From: Felis catus
Taxonomy: Eukaryota
Direction: 5' to 3'
Assembly (NCBI RefSeq): GCF_018350175.1
Contig: NC_058373.1
Coordinates: forward strand, 108,440,001 to 108,504,000
DNA: 64,000 nucleotides
Positions 24,701 to 36,659 of the stretch are shown here, one piece after another. Numbering within the stretch: position 1 is the first letter of the stretch; each line of letters opens with the position of its first letter. The notes beneath the pieces are model-generated. The model worked only from the letters and a program-made list of their open reading frames with translations. It was not told where the DNA came from and searched no databases. The position numbers and the translations under genes are program-made.

Positions 24701-27700
24701 AAATAGTTAACCCATAGCATCTCTCTGTTTAAACTTTTAGGTAAGTTGGGGGATATGTTATAGGAATGCTCACATTAATTATTGTCAAAATAGAATTAAG
24801 AATTACTTGAAAGGACTGATTAAGAGCAGATTTTATTATTGAAAAGTCACCAAAGCATAAACATCTGAATGGCTGAAGTCTTATGTTATAATTACAACCA
24901 GTGTTGAAATATGTGTGTATGTGTATTGCAGTGAATTGCACGAATATTTTCAATTGATCTTAAAAGGCAATTTTAAAAGGGAACTTGAAAATTAATTTAT
25001 AAATGCAAATTTGAAAGTACTAAGTATATAGACAGTACCTTGAAGTATAATCAAGGAAAAGAAGCAGGTGAAACTTAGTGGAATTTACTAGTATAATAAA
25101 AAAAAAACCATAAAACCTTTCAATATCAAACTCTGGGAATTATTTCTTTAAAGCAAAAGTAGCTATGTCTATTCCTCAGTGAAAAATTCAGGGGCCAGAG
25201 TTTCAGGCAGCATGTGATGCTTTGCACAATTACCTTTCATCTGAGTGGCTCCCATAGGGACAGTCTGAATATCACAATTAGGAATGAAGTGGCCCTTTTA
25301 GAGCAAAGTCTTGGTTGAATGTGAGGTGAAAAGGAGATACAAAGAGCATCTATCACAGTCTTCCAGTACTTGTGGCAGCCATAGTTCACACAAGGAACAG
25401 ACGTCAGACTTCTCTGCTGCACCTGTGAGAACAAATAGTGATGCCCACCAGTGGTTTTACCATGATTGTGAAGATTCTTGATGAGTGTATGGAGATCATG
25501 TGGAACTCTAAAAATGATATGTTACGCTCCCTTTCGGGAATGCTATTCCCAGAATAGCACAGTTCTTTGAAATCCTCATTTGAATAAGCTTCATGATTTG
25601 TGGAAGGTGAGAATGCTCACACCTGCTTTGCAAATTGATAAGCTATGCATGAGTTTGTAACAGGTGGTTTGCTTGAAGTCGGTGATGAGTCATCAGTGGG
25701 ACTACCAACAGAATCCAATTATTCTGTTACCCGACGACTCTCTGATCTCCCTTTTAATTACTGTTAGGGTAATTAGGGGGAAAAAAGCTTAGTAATAGGG
25801 TTGTTGGTTTATCAACTTGAGGGCATTGCATTTCTGTGTGTGTACACTCTGGTGTGTTTGTGTGTGTTTCTGTGTTTGCCTGTGTTTTCTGAAACGTTTT
25901 TGCCAAGTGGTATCTTCTTCCCACTTCCCAGATGGTAGTTGTGATTTTTTTTTTCTTTTGGAAATTGCTCACAAATCAGGAGGCTTCATTTGCCAGTTGA
26001 CAGATTTTAACAGCAGCTGGTAGGTGACCACCCTCCACCACCACTTCCTACCCTCCTCCATGGCTAGGCATCAGCAGTTAGCACAGAAAAGCTAGGGGAT
26101 GTCTAGCTCCTTTAGGGAGGTTTGGACAGTGGGAAAGTTTGACCATTATTGAAAAGACTTAATACAGAGTCAAACTGAAGTGTATCTTTCTGCTCAGATT
26201 AAGACCATTTTTGCCAATCTCTCTTTCTTTTTAAATCTATTTTCTTAACAATAGAATGGTAGCTTTGTCCACTTTATATTGTGCTGCTCAGGGGAAAAGG
26301 AATTTTGAAAGTGTTATAAACAGAATCTTCTCATATAATATTGAAGATTCACCCATGGCATAAAGTGATGAATACCTTGCATAGAAATAATTTTGAAATG
26401 CTTCTGATTGATGAGTTGTACGAGACCAGTGTGACTCTGATTTACCTTAATTTGTTGGAAAATAAAAGATCCACAGAGGCCATCTCCATACTAGTTCAAG
26501 TGCTGTCTTGTTTGGTAGACAAGTGCTGTAAATTCTTTTTTTTTTCTCTCTCTCACTTTCTCTTTCACAGTTACAGTTGAACTACCTGTTTCACTTCCTT
26601 TCCAGGAACAAAATGTAGCTTTGATCAGTCTGCAACAAGGTTACAGAGATTTTAATTTTGCTATTTGTTAGTCAGATTCAAAGGTGGCTTGAACCTTTCT
26701 CTCAGTTAGTGAATAGAGTGTTTTATCATTGATTGAAGCCAAGCATAGATGAAAGAACATGGATTTTTAGACAGTGGCCTTTTGTATTAAAAAAATGAAA
26801 AGCTTCAAAAAAAAAAAAGAGAGAATTAAGGCCATGATTTATCTATTGCATTTGGTTATTAATAACCATCAGAGATGCCGTATCACTTGATTTCAAGTTG
26901 AACTTGTGATGTGGAATCAAGCCTAGGTGATTTTAGGCATGCTAACCTATCACCTCTGTGCCTTAGTTTTCTTATCTATAAAATGGGGGAAATAGTAGTA
27001 CCTGCCTCATAACCTTGTTGTGAGAATATCATGAAATACTGAAAAGCATTCAAGCTACATAGAACAGATTTTCTTGAACTATTAACACCTACTTAGTTTA
27101 ATATTTTAAAAGTTTGCTTTAAAGCCCCTTTGAAAATATATGCCATGTGTTAAAAGATGGAAGGTTTGCACAATGTGCAAATAAATACATGCCTTCCTGT
27201 ATTAAACACAACCGTGTCCTCAAAACTGACTCCTGTTCAGTTGAGTTCAGAGAAAGAGACGTGCCGATTTGGGTTTCGAGTGAGCTACACTGCATTAATT
27301 TGCAGGTCTATTCACATTTAGCACAAACACTATAGTTAGAAAAACACTGTGGAGCTGTTCAGAAATGGAGATGATGTTCACAGTATATTTTGAAGGTGGG
27401 AAAAAATAGTTCAACCTCATTTGAAAGGCAAATGGCTACTAATCTACATGAACAGGTAGTTGAACTTTTGGGCATCTTTTCCACTAATCATGAAACCAGG
27501 AAAGGCAAATGTGAGCTTGCAAGTGAGAAGAATGGTAGTGAATTAAGGCTAAAAGTGACTTAGAAACCAAAAGAGTCCCCTTATGTCACAGTCCAGGAAA
27601 CAGACCTGGAGGACATAGTGAACTTGCTCTAAATCACACGAAGAGGTGGTGACGGGACACATGTCATGACCCATGCAATGATTCAGTATCAAAATTGCCT

Positions 27701-28310
27701 CCCTGGGTAAATTGGAAAATCTCGATAAAGTGGTAACTTCTAATTCAGTGATCCTTGACATCAGGAAGCCAGCCCCCATACTGAAGATATGAGTATGTGA
27801 GATACTTCTGTGTAGCCTGAGAGGAAGGCTTTGGATTTATCTGGCACTAAAAGACTGTTAGGACATGAGGAAAGACCTATATAGGAACGATGGACCTCAT
27901 CTGAACCCTAAAAGCAAGAGACTGCAGACAATAAAATCTGAAAAAGGCAGCAGCATGATTTTCAAATGATAAAAATGGAAGGGAATTTAATGTAGTGTAG
28001 AATAGCAGGTGAATTACCTTGGCAATGGCTGAAGAAGTTAGAAGGGAATTTGGTGGTTTGGATGAATAAAGCAGGAGTGACAAGATAGTTGACCCAGTAA
28101 GCTGAAAGAAAGGTAAGCATGGGAAGTAGAAGAAAGTCAACGTACAAAAGAAACATGGTAGAAGCCTAAAAATAAAGAGGGTGCGTGTTGGCATTATTGC
28201 TAGCAACTGAACATCTTAATAAAACTGAAAATTTCATAGAAATATAGGATGCTATTAAGATGCCTTGTCATTTTCTTTATTATGTAAAAACAATTTAATC
28301 TTCCTGGGTT

Positions 28311-28320
28311 GTTGTTTTTT

Positions 28321-28368
<48 letters not shown>

Positions 28369-28556
28369 GGACAGAGAGAGACAGAGCATGAACGGGGGAG
28401 GGGCAGAGAGAGAGGGAGACACAGAATCGGAAACAGGCTCCAGGCTCTGAGCCATCGGCCCAGAGCCTGACGCGGGGCTCGAACTCACAGACCGACCGCG
28501 AGATCGTGACCTGGCTGAAGTCGGACGCTTAACCGACTGCGCCACCCAGGCGCCCC
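28311..28556 (-). mobile_element. Very young Can-SINE (SINEC_Fc)
   Basis: Near-consensus with intact CpGs and long pure T run. Perfect 15-bp TSD taatcttcctgggtt at 28296-28310 and 28557-28571. Confidence 0.96.
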
Positions 28557-29032
28557 TAATCTTCCTGGGTTTTAATTACTTTTTCTGTAAGATAAGAACT
28601 AAAATAACATGCCATCCTAAAGTTCCGTTTTTCTAGGACATTTAGAAGAACCAAGGATCGTTTATTTAAAAATTCCTTCAAATAGCGATAATTTCAATTC
28701 TTTTGTAATACCTATTGGCTTGAGATGCTTTTGTTTATCCAATATATAGCAAATTCTAATGAATTCATAAATATTTATGTATTTGAGTTTATAAAAATGA
28801 ATCTACATAGGATAATGATATTGAATCTACACAGGATAATGATCTTTTGGCTCTAAATTCCTGTTTGGTTTGCAAGCAATGCTCTTATTCTTATCCAGAA
28901 GTTTTGAAAATCTGATTAAACATAACATTGATGGATTCAGAAGCTTCTAAACTTAGTAAAAAAAAATTAAGATACATGTATCTTAATGATATATGATATA
29001 TGCATCAAAAAATTTAAAAACATTTCATTGAG

Positions 29033-29199
29033 GGGGTGCCTGGGTGGCTCAGTCAGTTAAGTGGCCAACTTCAGCTCAGGTCATGATCTCACAGTTTGTG
29101 AGTTCAAGCCTCATGTCCAGCTCTGTGCTGACAGCTCAGAGCCTAGAGTCTGTTTCAGATTCTCTGTCTCCCTCTTTTTCTGCCCCTCCCCTTCTCACA

Positions 29200-29241
<42 letters not shown>

Positions 29242-29270
29242 AATAAATAAACATTAAAAAATTAAAAGAG
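29033..29270 (+). mobile_element. Can-SINE
   Basis: GGGGTGCCTGGGTGGCTCAGTCAGTTAAG head, (CT)n, AATAAA tail, TSD cattt(c/a)attgagg. Confidence 0.92.
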
Positions 29271-30082
29271 CATTTAATTGAGGAATGTTGCAAGTGGGGG
29301 TGGTTGGTGGTTTTCTCAGGAAAAGAATATTTTGGTAAACAGAAAATTTTAAGCCCAATTACCTAATGAAAGCATCATTGCAATGGATGAAATATTTGTC
29401 CCTAATTATTTCAGGTGTACTCATATAAGTTGGTTCATTTTGAATTCTGTAGTTTTGGAAATACACCAATTAAATATGAATCTAATTCTAGATCACAAAT
29501 TGAGCACAACCCTTGACAGATATTACATTTCGTGAAATAAAAGTGTGTATGATGTAAAATTAGCATCATGAACTTAAGAAAAATACTTTTCTGTAAATAT
29601 TTTATTTGAAAATATTGAGGCAAAAGTACATCTCAGAAACCATGGGGCAATTGAAAAGTAGGTGCCGTGAGACATTTTATGAAATCAGAGATAAAAATCA
29701 TCTTCAGATTCTGTTACTAATGAAATAAGTTGAACTTTCTCCTTGTGCACATCAAAAATAGAAGTAAAATGTTTGACAATATGAAGAATATACTAAGTAT
29801 AAGTTTTGGTTGTCAAAATTTGTGCCCCAATGCGCAAAGCATGGAAACTAGCATAGCGTACCTCACTTTTTAATTTTCAAAGTAAAGACACACATTCTGT
29901 AAGAAATTTAACAATCCTGTGTCAACTGAATTGTTTAACAAGAACAAGTTCATTAGCCATTATACAAAAAGAGTGTATTACAGCATGAGCAAAGTGGAAA
30001 ATAAAAGATGTAGAGACACATTGTAAGTTGTAAATATACAACTAACATCCAATTAAAAAACAAAACTAACGTATAGCACAAG

Positions 30083-31250
30083 CAAGAATTAACTCTAAAT
30101 GGGTCATAGACATAACTGTAAAGCCCAAACTATAAAACTCTTGGAAAAAAACCTGGGAATAAATCTTAGGATGTTGGTTTAGCCAAAGTCCTATTAGATA
30201 TGATACTAATATCTAATTAGATTAGAAGTGACACACGCATAAACTAAATGCATTAGATTTCATAAAATGAAAAAACTTCTGTGCTTCAAGTGATATCATC
30301 AACAAAATGAAAAGACATCCTAAAGGATAAGAGTAAGTACTTGCAAATTGTATATTTGGTAAGGGACTTATATCTAGAATATATGAAGAACTCTTACAAC
30401 TCTTACAATTCAATAAAATGAAAATATCCCACTTAAAAATGGGTAGGAACCTAAATAAGCATTTCTTCAGAGAGGGTCTATAAATCGCCATCAGCACATG
30501 AAAGGATGCTCAACATCATTAGCCATCAGGGAAATGCAAATTAAAATCACAATAAGACACCACCTCACACCCACCAGAATTGGCTATAATAAAAAAGATA
30601 GGTAATAACAAGTCTTGGTGAGGACATGAAGAAATTGGGAGCCTCATACACTGCTGGTGGGAACGCAGAATGGTGCAGCCTCTTTGGTAACGGGGAGTTG
30701 TTAGCCTATGACCCAGCAATCCCGCTCCTAGGCATGTATCCAGTGGAAGTGAAAACATATCTCCACACAAAATCTGACCCTTGAATGTTCATAACAGCAT
30801 TATTTGTAACAGCTAAAAAGTGAAAACAACCTCAATGTCCATCAACTGAATAGATAAACAAATGTGGTATAGTCATACAGTGGAATATATTTGGGCATAA
30901 TGAAGTACTAATTCATGCTACAACAGAGTTAAACCTTGAAAACATTATGCTGATGGAAAGAAAGCAGTCACAAAAAACACATGTTATATGGCTCCCTTTA
31001 TATGAAATGTCTGGAACAGGCCAATCCATAGAGACAGAAACTAGATAAATGGCTGGCTAGGGTTGGGGAGAATAAGGTGATTGGTGGTGGAAGGGTGATG
31101 GGAAAGAGAGTGAAGGTTTTCTCTTGGGATGTTGAAAATGATCTAAAATTGTGATGGTTGCACAGCTCTGTGAACCCCTGAACTGCACACTTAAAGTTGG
31201 TGGATTATGTGTTATGTGAATTATATCTTTGTAAAGTTGTGTAAAAAATA
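30083..31250 (+). mobile_element. Old L1 3' end (L1MA/L1MB-like), degenerate ORF2 C-terminus + 3'UTR
   Basis: Motifs aaactataaaactcttgg, gatgctcaacatcattagccatcagggaaatgcaaattaaaa, tatgacccagcaatccc, tccatagagacagaaa. Confidence 0.85.
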
Positions 31251-31964
31251 ACCCTCCTCACAAACAAAATAAAATGAAGACTACTCCACATAGACATCTT
31301 CTGGCAAATGACAAAAGTTTTACTGTCAACGGTGGGATTGACTGAACGTCATGCCTGCAGACCACAGGTTTTTTCAGTTTGCCTGGAGGCAATTCCTTTT
31401 TCAGCAATGAAGATGCAATGTTTTTTGAAGTGTCCTGTGTGTGTATGTGTGTGTGCATGTGTGTGCGCACACATGCATGCACATGTGCTTTTCTCGTGTA
31501 GACAGTGGGTAATTTTTGATTTGAGGATCAAATCTTCAAGGGCACTTTTGGCATCTGGTTCCCCATGAAGGTTATTCTGCATATTGCTAGACGTGGTAGT
31601 CTCCTCAAATCCAATTTGCATCATGATCAGTTTTAGCATATGTTCTAGAACTCAGCATTAAGTAGTTCCAAGGGCCCATAACCCAAATTCTTCAGTATCT
31701 TACTTTTGAAAATATGAATTCTTTCCATTTGTGCTGTACACAGCCTTGATTTTTACCTTGTCATAATTATTTAGTCAGATGATTCTGTTCATTTTTTAAA
31801 TCACATAATAGATCCTAATAAGGTTGAATCCATTTAATTAAGAAAACACCCATGAAGATAAAGAAAGGAAGGACAGAATACAGGGAAGAAATAATGAGAG
31901 AAAATATTTGCAATTCCATTAAACATACAAGTAGCTGTCCATTGACAGGTTTAGTGAAAAATTA

Positions 31965-32169
31965 TTTTTTTTAATGTTTACTTATTTTTGAGACAGAGAG
32001 AGACAGGGCATGAACAGGGGAGGTGCAGAGGGAGACACGGAATCTGAAGCAGGCTCCAGGCCCTGAGCTGTCAGCACAGAGTGCAAAGCGGGGCTCGAAC
32101 TCAGGAACTGTGACATCATGACCTGAGCTGAAGTCGGACGTTTAACCAACTGAGCCACTCAGGCGCCCC
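31965..32169 (-). mobile_element. Can-SINE
   Basis: Reverse consensus. Perfect 17-bp TSD ggtttagtgaaaaatta at 31948-31964 and 32170-32186. Confidence 0.93.
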
Positions 32170-34149
32170 GGTTTAGTGAAAAATTAAAATAGATTAATAG
32201 AAGCTAACTTTTATAAACAGTGTGTCCCTATTGTACATACGGCTCCCACTTCCCAAGGAGGTGTGTTCCAAGGGGGCCTTTGTAAGCTGTTTGGAACCTG
32301 AGAGACATTTTCCTTTAAAAGTTGGGGCTCAAGTCCAGATCGCAAAAGCTCATTTAATCGATACAAGACAGAGTCCTATAAATGCTAATAAAATATACAA
32401 CTGATTCATTCAGCACATCTGTGTTAAGCACCCACTCTGTGCCTGATTATGGTGATAGGTGCTTTTGGGGTTCCAACTCCCTCCCCCCCCCCCCACAGCA
32501 GTGGGATGGGGCTAATTAATTACTGCTCTCAATCAGTAAATAGTTATTGAGCAGTTGTTTTGGGCCTAACCCTACACTGTCATGGTTCTGAGGATGCAGA
32601 CATAGGGACTCTGCTCCCACTTTTAAGGAGGCATCAGGCTGGACGGAGCACATACAAGTAAATGGAGAGTTTGAAATGATTTTGAGAAGTGCTTCCATAG
32701 GGGTAAGCATGGAGGGCAAGGAGAGCAAGAATAAGAGAAAGGTTCAGATTTGTCTTTTGGGGGGTGGGAAATAGATCCTGCAGGATATGAAGCCAGAAGC
32801 ACTTTGAAGAATGAGGATGAATTGGGCATCAAAGTTGGGGGCAGGCAGAGGTCATTGTGGGCACAGAGGCAGAAGGTTGAGAATAAAGGAAAAAGATAAC
32901 AAATTGGGGAAGACACGAGCAGGATGGGCAGGGCAAGGGTTGTGGGGAAAGCCGGCCTAGAGGGGGATGTTGAGTACGTTAATGTAGAGCTAGTAAAGGG
33001 GGCTGACGGAGGTGTTTTACTGGTCATCATTGTGGATGTGGTAGCTGCAGCTATGGGGGGTTTGCAGGGATAGCATGTGTACTGAGCAAAGTGCTCAGGT
33101 GGAACCTTAAATACTGGTGCCCAGAGATGAGCAGGAAGGACCGGGGTGGAGGGTGGGGGTCTTGAGGCTGCTTTGCTGTGGAAGACTAGGGAAGGAATGT
33201 CCTCAGTGGTGTCACATTCTGTGGGGGAGTAGTCAAGTAGGACTAAATAATATCTGTGTGTGCAGCAACAGGGATAAGTCAGTGCCCTTCTTAGACACCT
33301 TTGCCTCTGAGCTACAAAGGCAAATGTGAGATGCTTTGAGAACACTAGTCCCTACATTAAGTGATTTTTCAGGAGCATAAACTTTTTGCTGCTCCAGCCT
33401 AGTTATGGCAGGAGCCCTGTCCACAAAGTCCTTTCAATTTTCTACGATTTCCTTTGTGTTTGTGAAATTTCCTTACCTCCTCTGTGCTATCTCCAGACCT
33501 AGAACTGGATATTATCCTACAAATGGGCTACTTTAATATTTTAAAATAAGAATTTTAGAATTTCTGAGGTTCTGCATCTTAAAAAAATACTAATTTATCA
33601 ATAAATCTTGTGGGAGAAAAGATTTCCATAGCTTTATTAAATACCAACATATGTCTTGTGATGTCTCTTCTAGAAATTAGATACGTAAAATTAGCTTTTG
33701 TCTTCAACTGATATTTTCAACATTAGCCTTCATACAAGTGTGCAAGCCCTTGTCCTAAATTCTAAAATCAAAAACATCAGAAACTGGGGTTGTTTCATAA
33801 GGCTGAGGATGAACTGAGGTGATTTAGAGCCTTTACTCATCTCTCAGAGTCAATATTCATGTTTTAATTATTAATGCATTTTATTACAAGGTGTTGCTCC
33901 AGACCCCACTGCATTGTTAAATGGTACAGTGTATGTGCACCATACCGGCTTTTTAAAATCCAAGCAAACCCAAATTCTGAAATATACCTAGCCCCAAGTG
34001 TTCCAGCAATGGACCTGGCAGTATCAATACTGACCCATCGAGGCCGTTTCTGCTTGCTTGATTGAGCCTACTTTTTCTGCCTGCTTCATGGGCTTCCATG
34101 CCAGGTGAGGGCCAGCATCTGGGTTTGTGTGTGTGTGTGTGTGTATGGC

Positions 34150-34592
34150 TTTTTATTTTAATTTCAGTTGATTAACATATGACACGTCCAGTGTCATATT
34201 AGCTTCAGGTGTAGAACATAGTGTTTCCACAATTCCATACATCACCCGCTCATCATGACAAAGTGCTGCCATTTCCGTAATCCCCATCCCCTACTTAACC
34301 CACCCCCCTCCCCCCTCCCCTCTGATAACCATCAGTTCTCTATAATTGTCTGTTTTTTGATTTCCCTGTGTCTCATTTTCCCCTTCACTCACTTGTTTTG
34401 TTTCTTGAATTCCACATATGAGTGAAATCATATGGTGTTTGTCTTCCTCGGACTGACTTATTTCACTTAGCATTATACTCTCTAGATCCATCCATGTGCA
34501 AATGGCAATATTTCATTCTTCTTTTTGGATAAGTAATATTCCATTGTATATATAGCACATCTTCTTTATCCATTTGCTGATTGGTGGACAGT
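34150..34592 (-). mobile_element. Carnivore L1 3' end
   Basis: Minus ORF MDLESIMLSEISQSEEDKHHMISLICGI is the L1 ORF2 terminal peptide. Confidence 0.85.
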
Positions 34593-36149
34593 TTGTTCAC
34601 CATTATATGCTGACATCAGCCCCAGGGCCTGGCATGTCATAGGGTCCATACTGTTTATTAAGCAGATGGACTTTTAAATGAGTGAATTTTCTTCCATACT
34701 CTTTTTTTTTCTATCATGCTTCCAGGCTTGGCTATAACTCTGCTCTGCAGTCTCTGAACATGATAGAGGCCGGGTCTTTACAGGGCCCAAGTATGGCCAG
34801 TAGCTTCCTCTTGCAGGTAGCTGTGAAGGGTGGATTTTGCTGTTTGGAATGATGTTTGCAGATTCTGAAACCACACACAAGCTTATCAGGCAAGAGTGTC
34901 GCATCCAGTGACTATCCTCTGCTCTGGGTAAGGAGGAAAAAATTGTAATGGCACATGCTCCATGATTTTGCCAATCCTACCTACTATGCATAAGCAGGGT
35001 CCCACTTTGATTTTCTTTTGTTCTTTGTCATTTTGGTTTTGAGGCACAGACTATTGTATTTCATAGTTTTCTGACACCTGGGGAATGGAACACCTGTTAT
35101 TTGCATATAACTTTTGTATTTACCAAGTAAAATAATGTGATGGAGGGAATATGGACTTGGGAGTCAGAGTCTATACATTACTTAATAGTTGGGGACATTA
35201 GTAATTTTCTGTCCAGTGATGATACCATAGCTACCTCCAAGGATATTGTGTTTTCAGTGGGATATTATATGTAATGTAATGAGTGCATTATAATGTTTAA
35301 TAAATGTTGTTTGGAGTCCTTATTTGCCTATAAATTATTGCTTTTACTGCTCACAGTAACCTTAAAAAGTAAAGAATCATTGTTTCCATTTGTATGGAAA
35401 AAACAGAAGCTCAGACAAGTTGAGTAACAAGTGGTAAATCACAGCTAACAAGTGGCAGAACCTAAAACTTGGGTCTTTCGTTTCTAATTCTCTGCTCTTC
35501 ACTTCTTTTCTTCTTCCGTGAAAGAGAATACATCTGGATGTAAAGAGAAATTTGAATAGATTTCAGTTCAATTCAAACAATTCTTTCAGTATGTGGATGG
35601 TGTCAAGGCCCCTATGCTCCATTTTGGGGGCTATAAAGTCCTAGAGTGGACTCTGCTTCCAGTAACTCATGGTTTTGCGAGGATAAGCCATGAGACAGCT
35701 TTGTCAATGTGAGTAAAATGCTGTAGAATCAGAGAACAGTCACGATATTTGGGGCCACGGGATTCTTATAGAATCATAAGTTTGTTTTAAACTGAGAGAG
35801 CCCTAAAAGATCAGCTGACTCATCTTAGGTGTGCTCTGTGTGTATTTGGGTTCAGGGGAGCAGCATCAGCTATGTGTGAGGAGTCAAGGACATATAATCT
35901 GGTTGGGGAAGCAAGACTAAATAAATAAAATATTAATAAGGACTTAAATAGCTAGCCAAGAGAGAAAACCTATCATGAAGCAGTACATACTTATTTGCTT
36001 AATGAATTATGCAGATAGCATTTATTGTAGGAATTCAGAGAAGAGAGAGATAAAGTTCCTTGGCCAAGATTTATAATTTTGCGTTGAAAGAGGCAGATCC
36101 AAAATGGAGATCCAAAATGTCACCTATAATAGTCTTTACACTTTACTAA

Positions 36150-36630
36150 TGTATTAGGCACAATCCTTCTGAGTGCAAGTAACAGAAAATTCAAAAGGGG
36201 CTTAAACACACACATGCATGTGCACACAATAGTTTATTGGCTCATATGAAAAGGCTAGTGAATTATTCTATATACAGGAATGATTGGCTCCTGTTCACAA
36301 TGGGTATCAGGAATGTACAACTTTTGGTTCTGCTTTTTTCTGCATTAGCTTCTTTCTGAGGTGGATACAGGCTTACATCCTATTAGATTATCAACCCCAG
36401 CTGGAGGAGTAGGAGTGCTCCTTTTCAATATTTCCAGCAAAGTCTCCGGGGCCAGCTGCCATTGACCAAATTCAAGTTGTTTGCCTATGCTAAAATGAAG
36501 GAATATGGGGTCATCCTCACTCCAACCTCGTGGATTGAAATTTGGAGAGGAGTGGTTTTCCTCAAAAGAAAATCTTTGGTAAAGATGTCATTACCAAAAC
36601 AGAGGGAAATATTCTAGAAGGTCAAAACAC
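36150..36630 (-). mobile_element. Degenerate MaLR LTR (MLT1K/L-like)
   Basis: gcaagtaacagaaaattcaaa...ggcttaaac...tttattggctcat, ...ggttttcctcaaaagaaaatc. Confidence 0.5.
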
Positions 36631-36659
36631 CTGTATAGTATAACACATATAAAAGTGTG

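Noticed and set aside
25660..25745. Hammerhead-ribozyme-like CUGAUGA on the minus strand and GUGAUGAGUC...GAC on the plus strand
   Set aside because: No correctly placed GAAA core or stem III/NUH on either strand.
32623..33345. 240-aa minus-strand ORF
   Set aside because: Pro/Ser/Thr/Leu low-complexity product of a G/A-rich plus strand that partly resembles degenerate L2. No recognisable domain, and antisense to SYT16.
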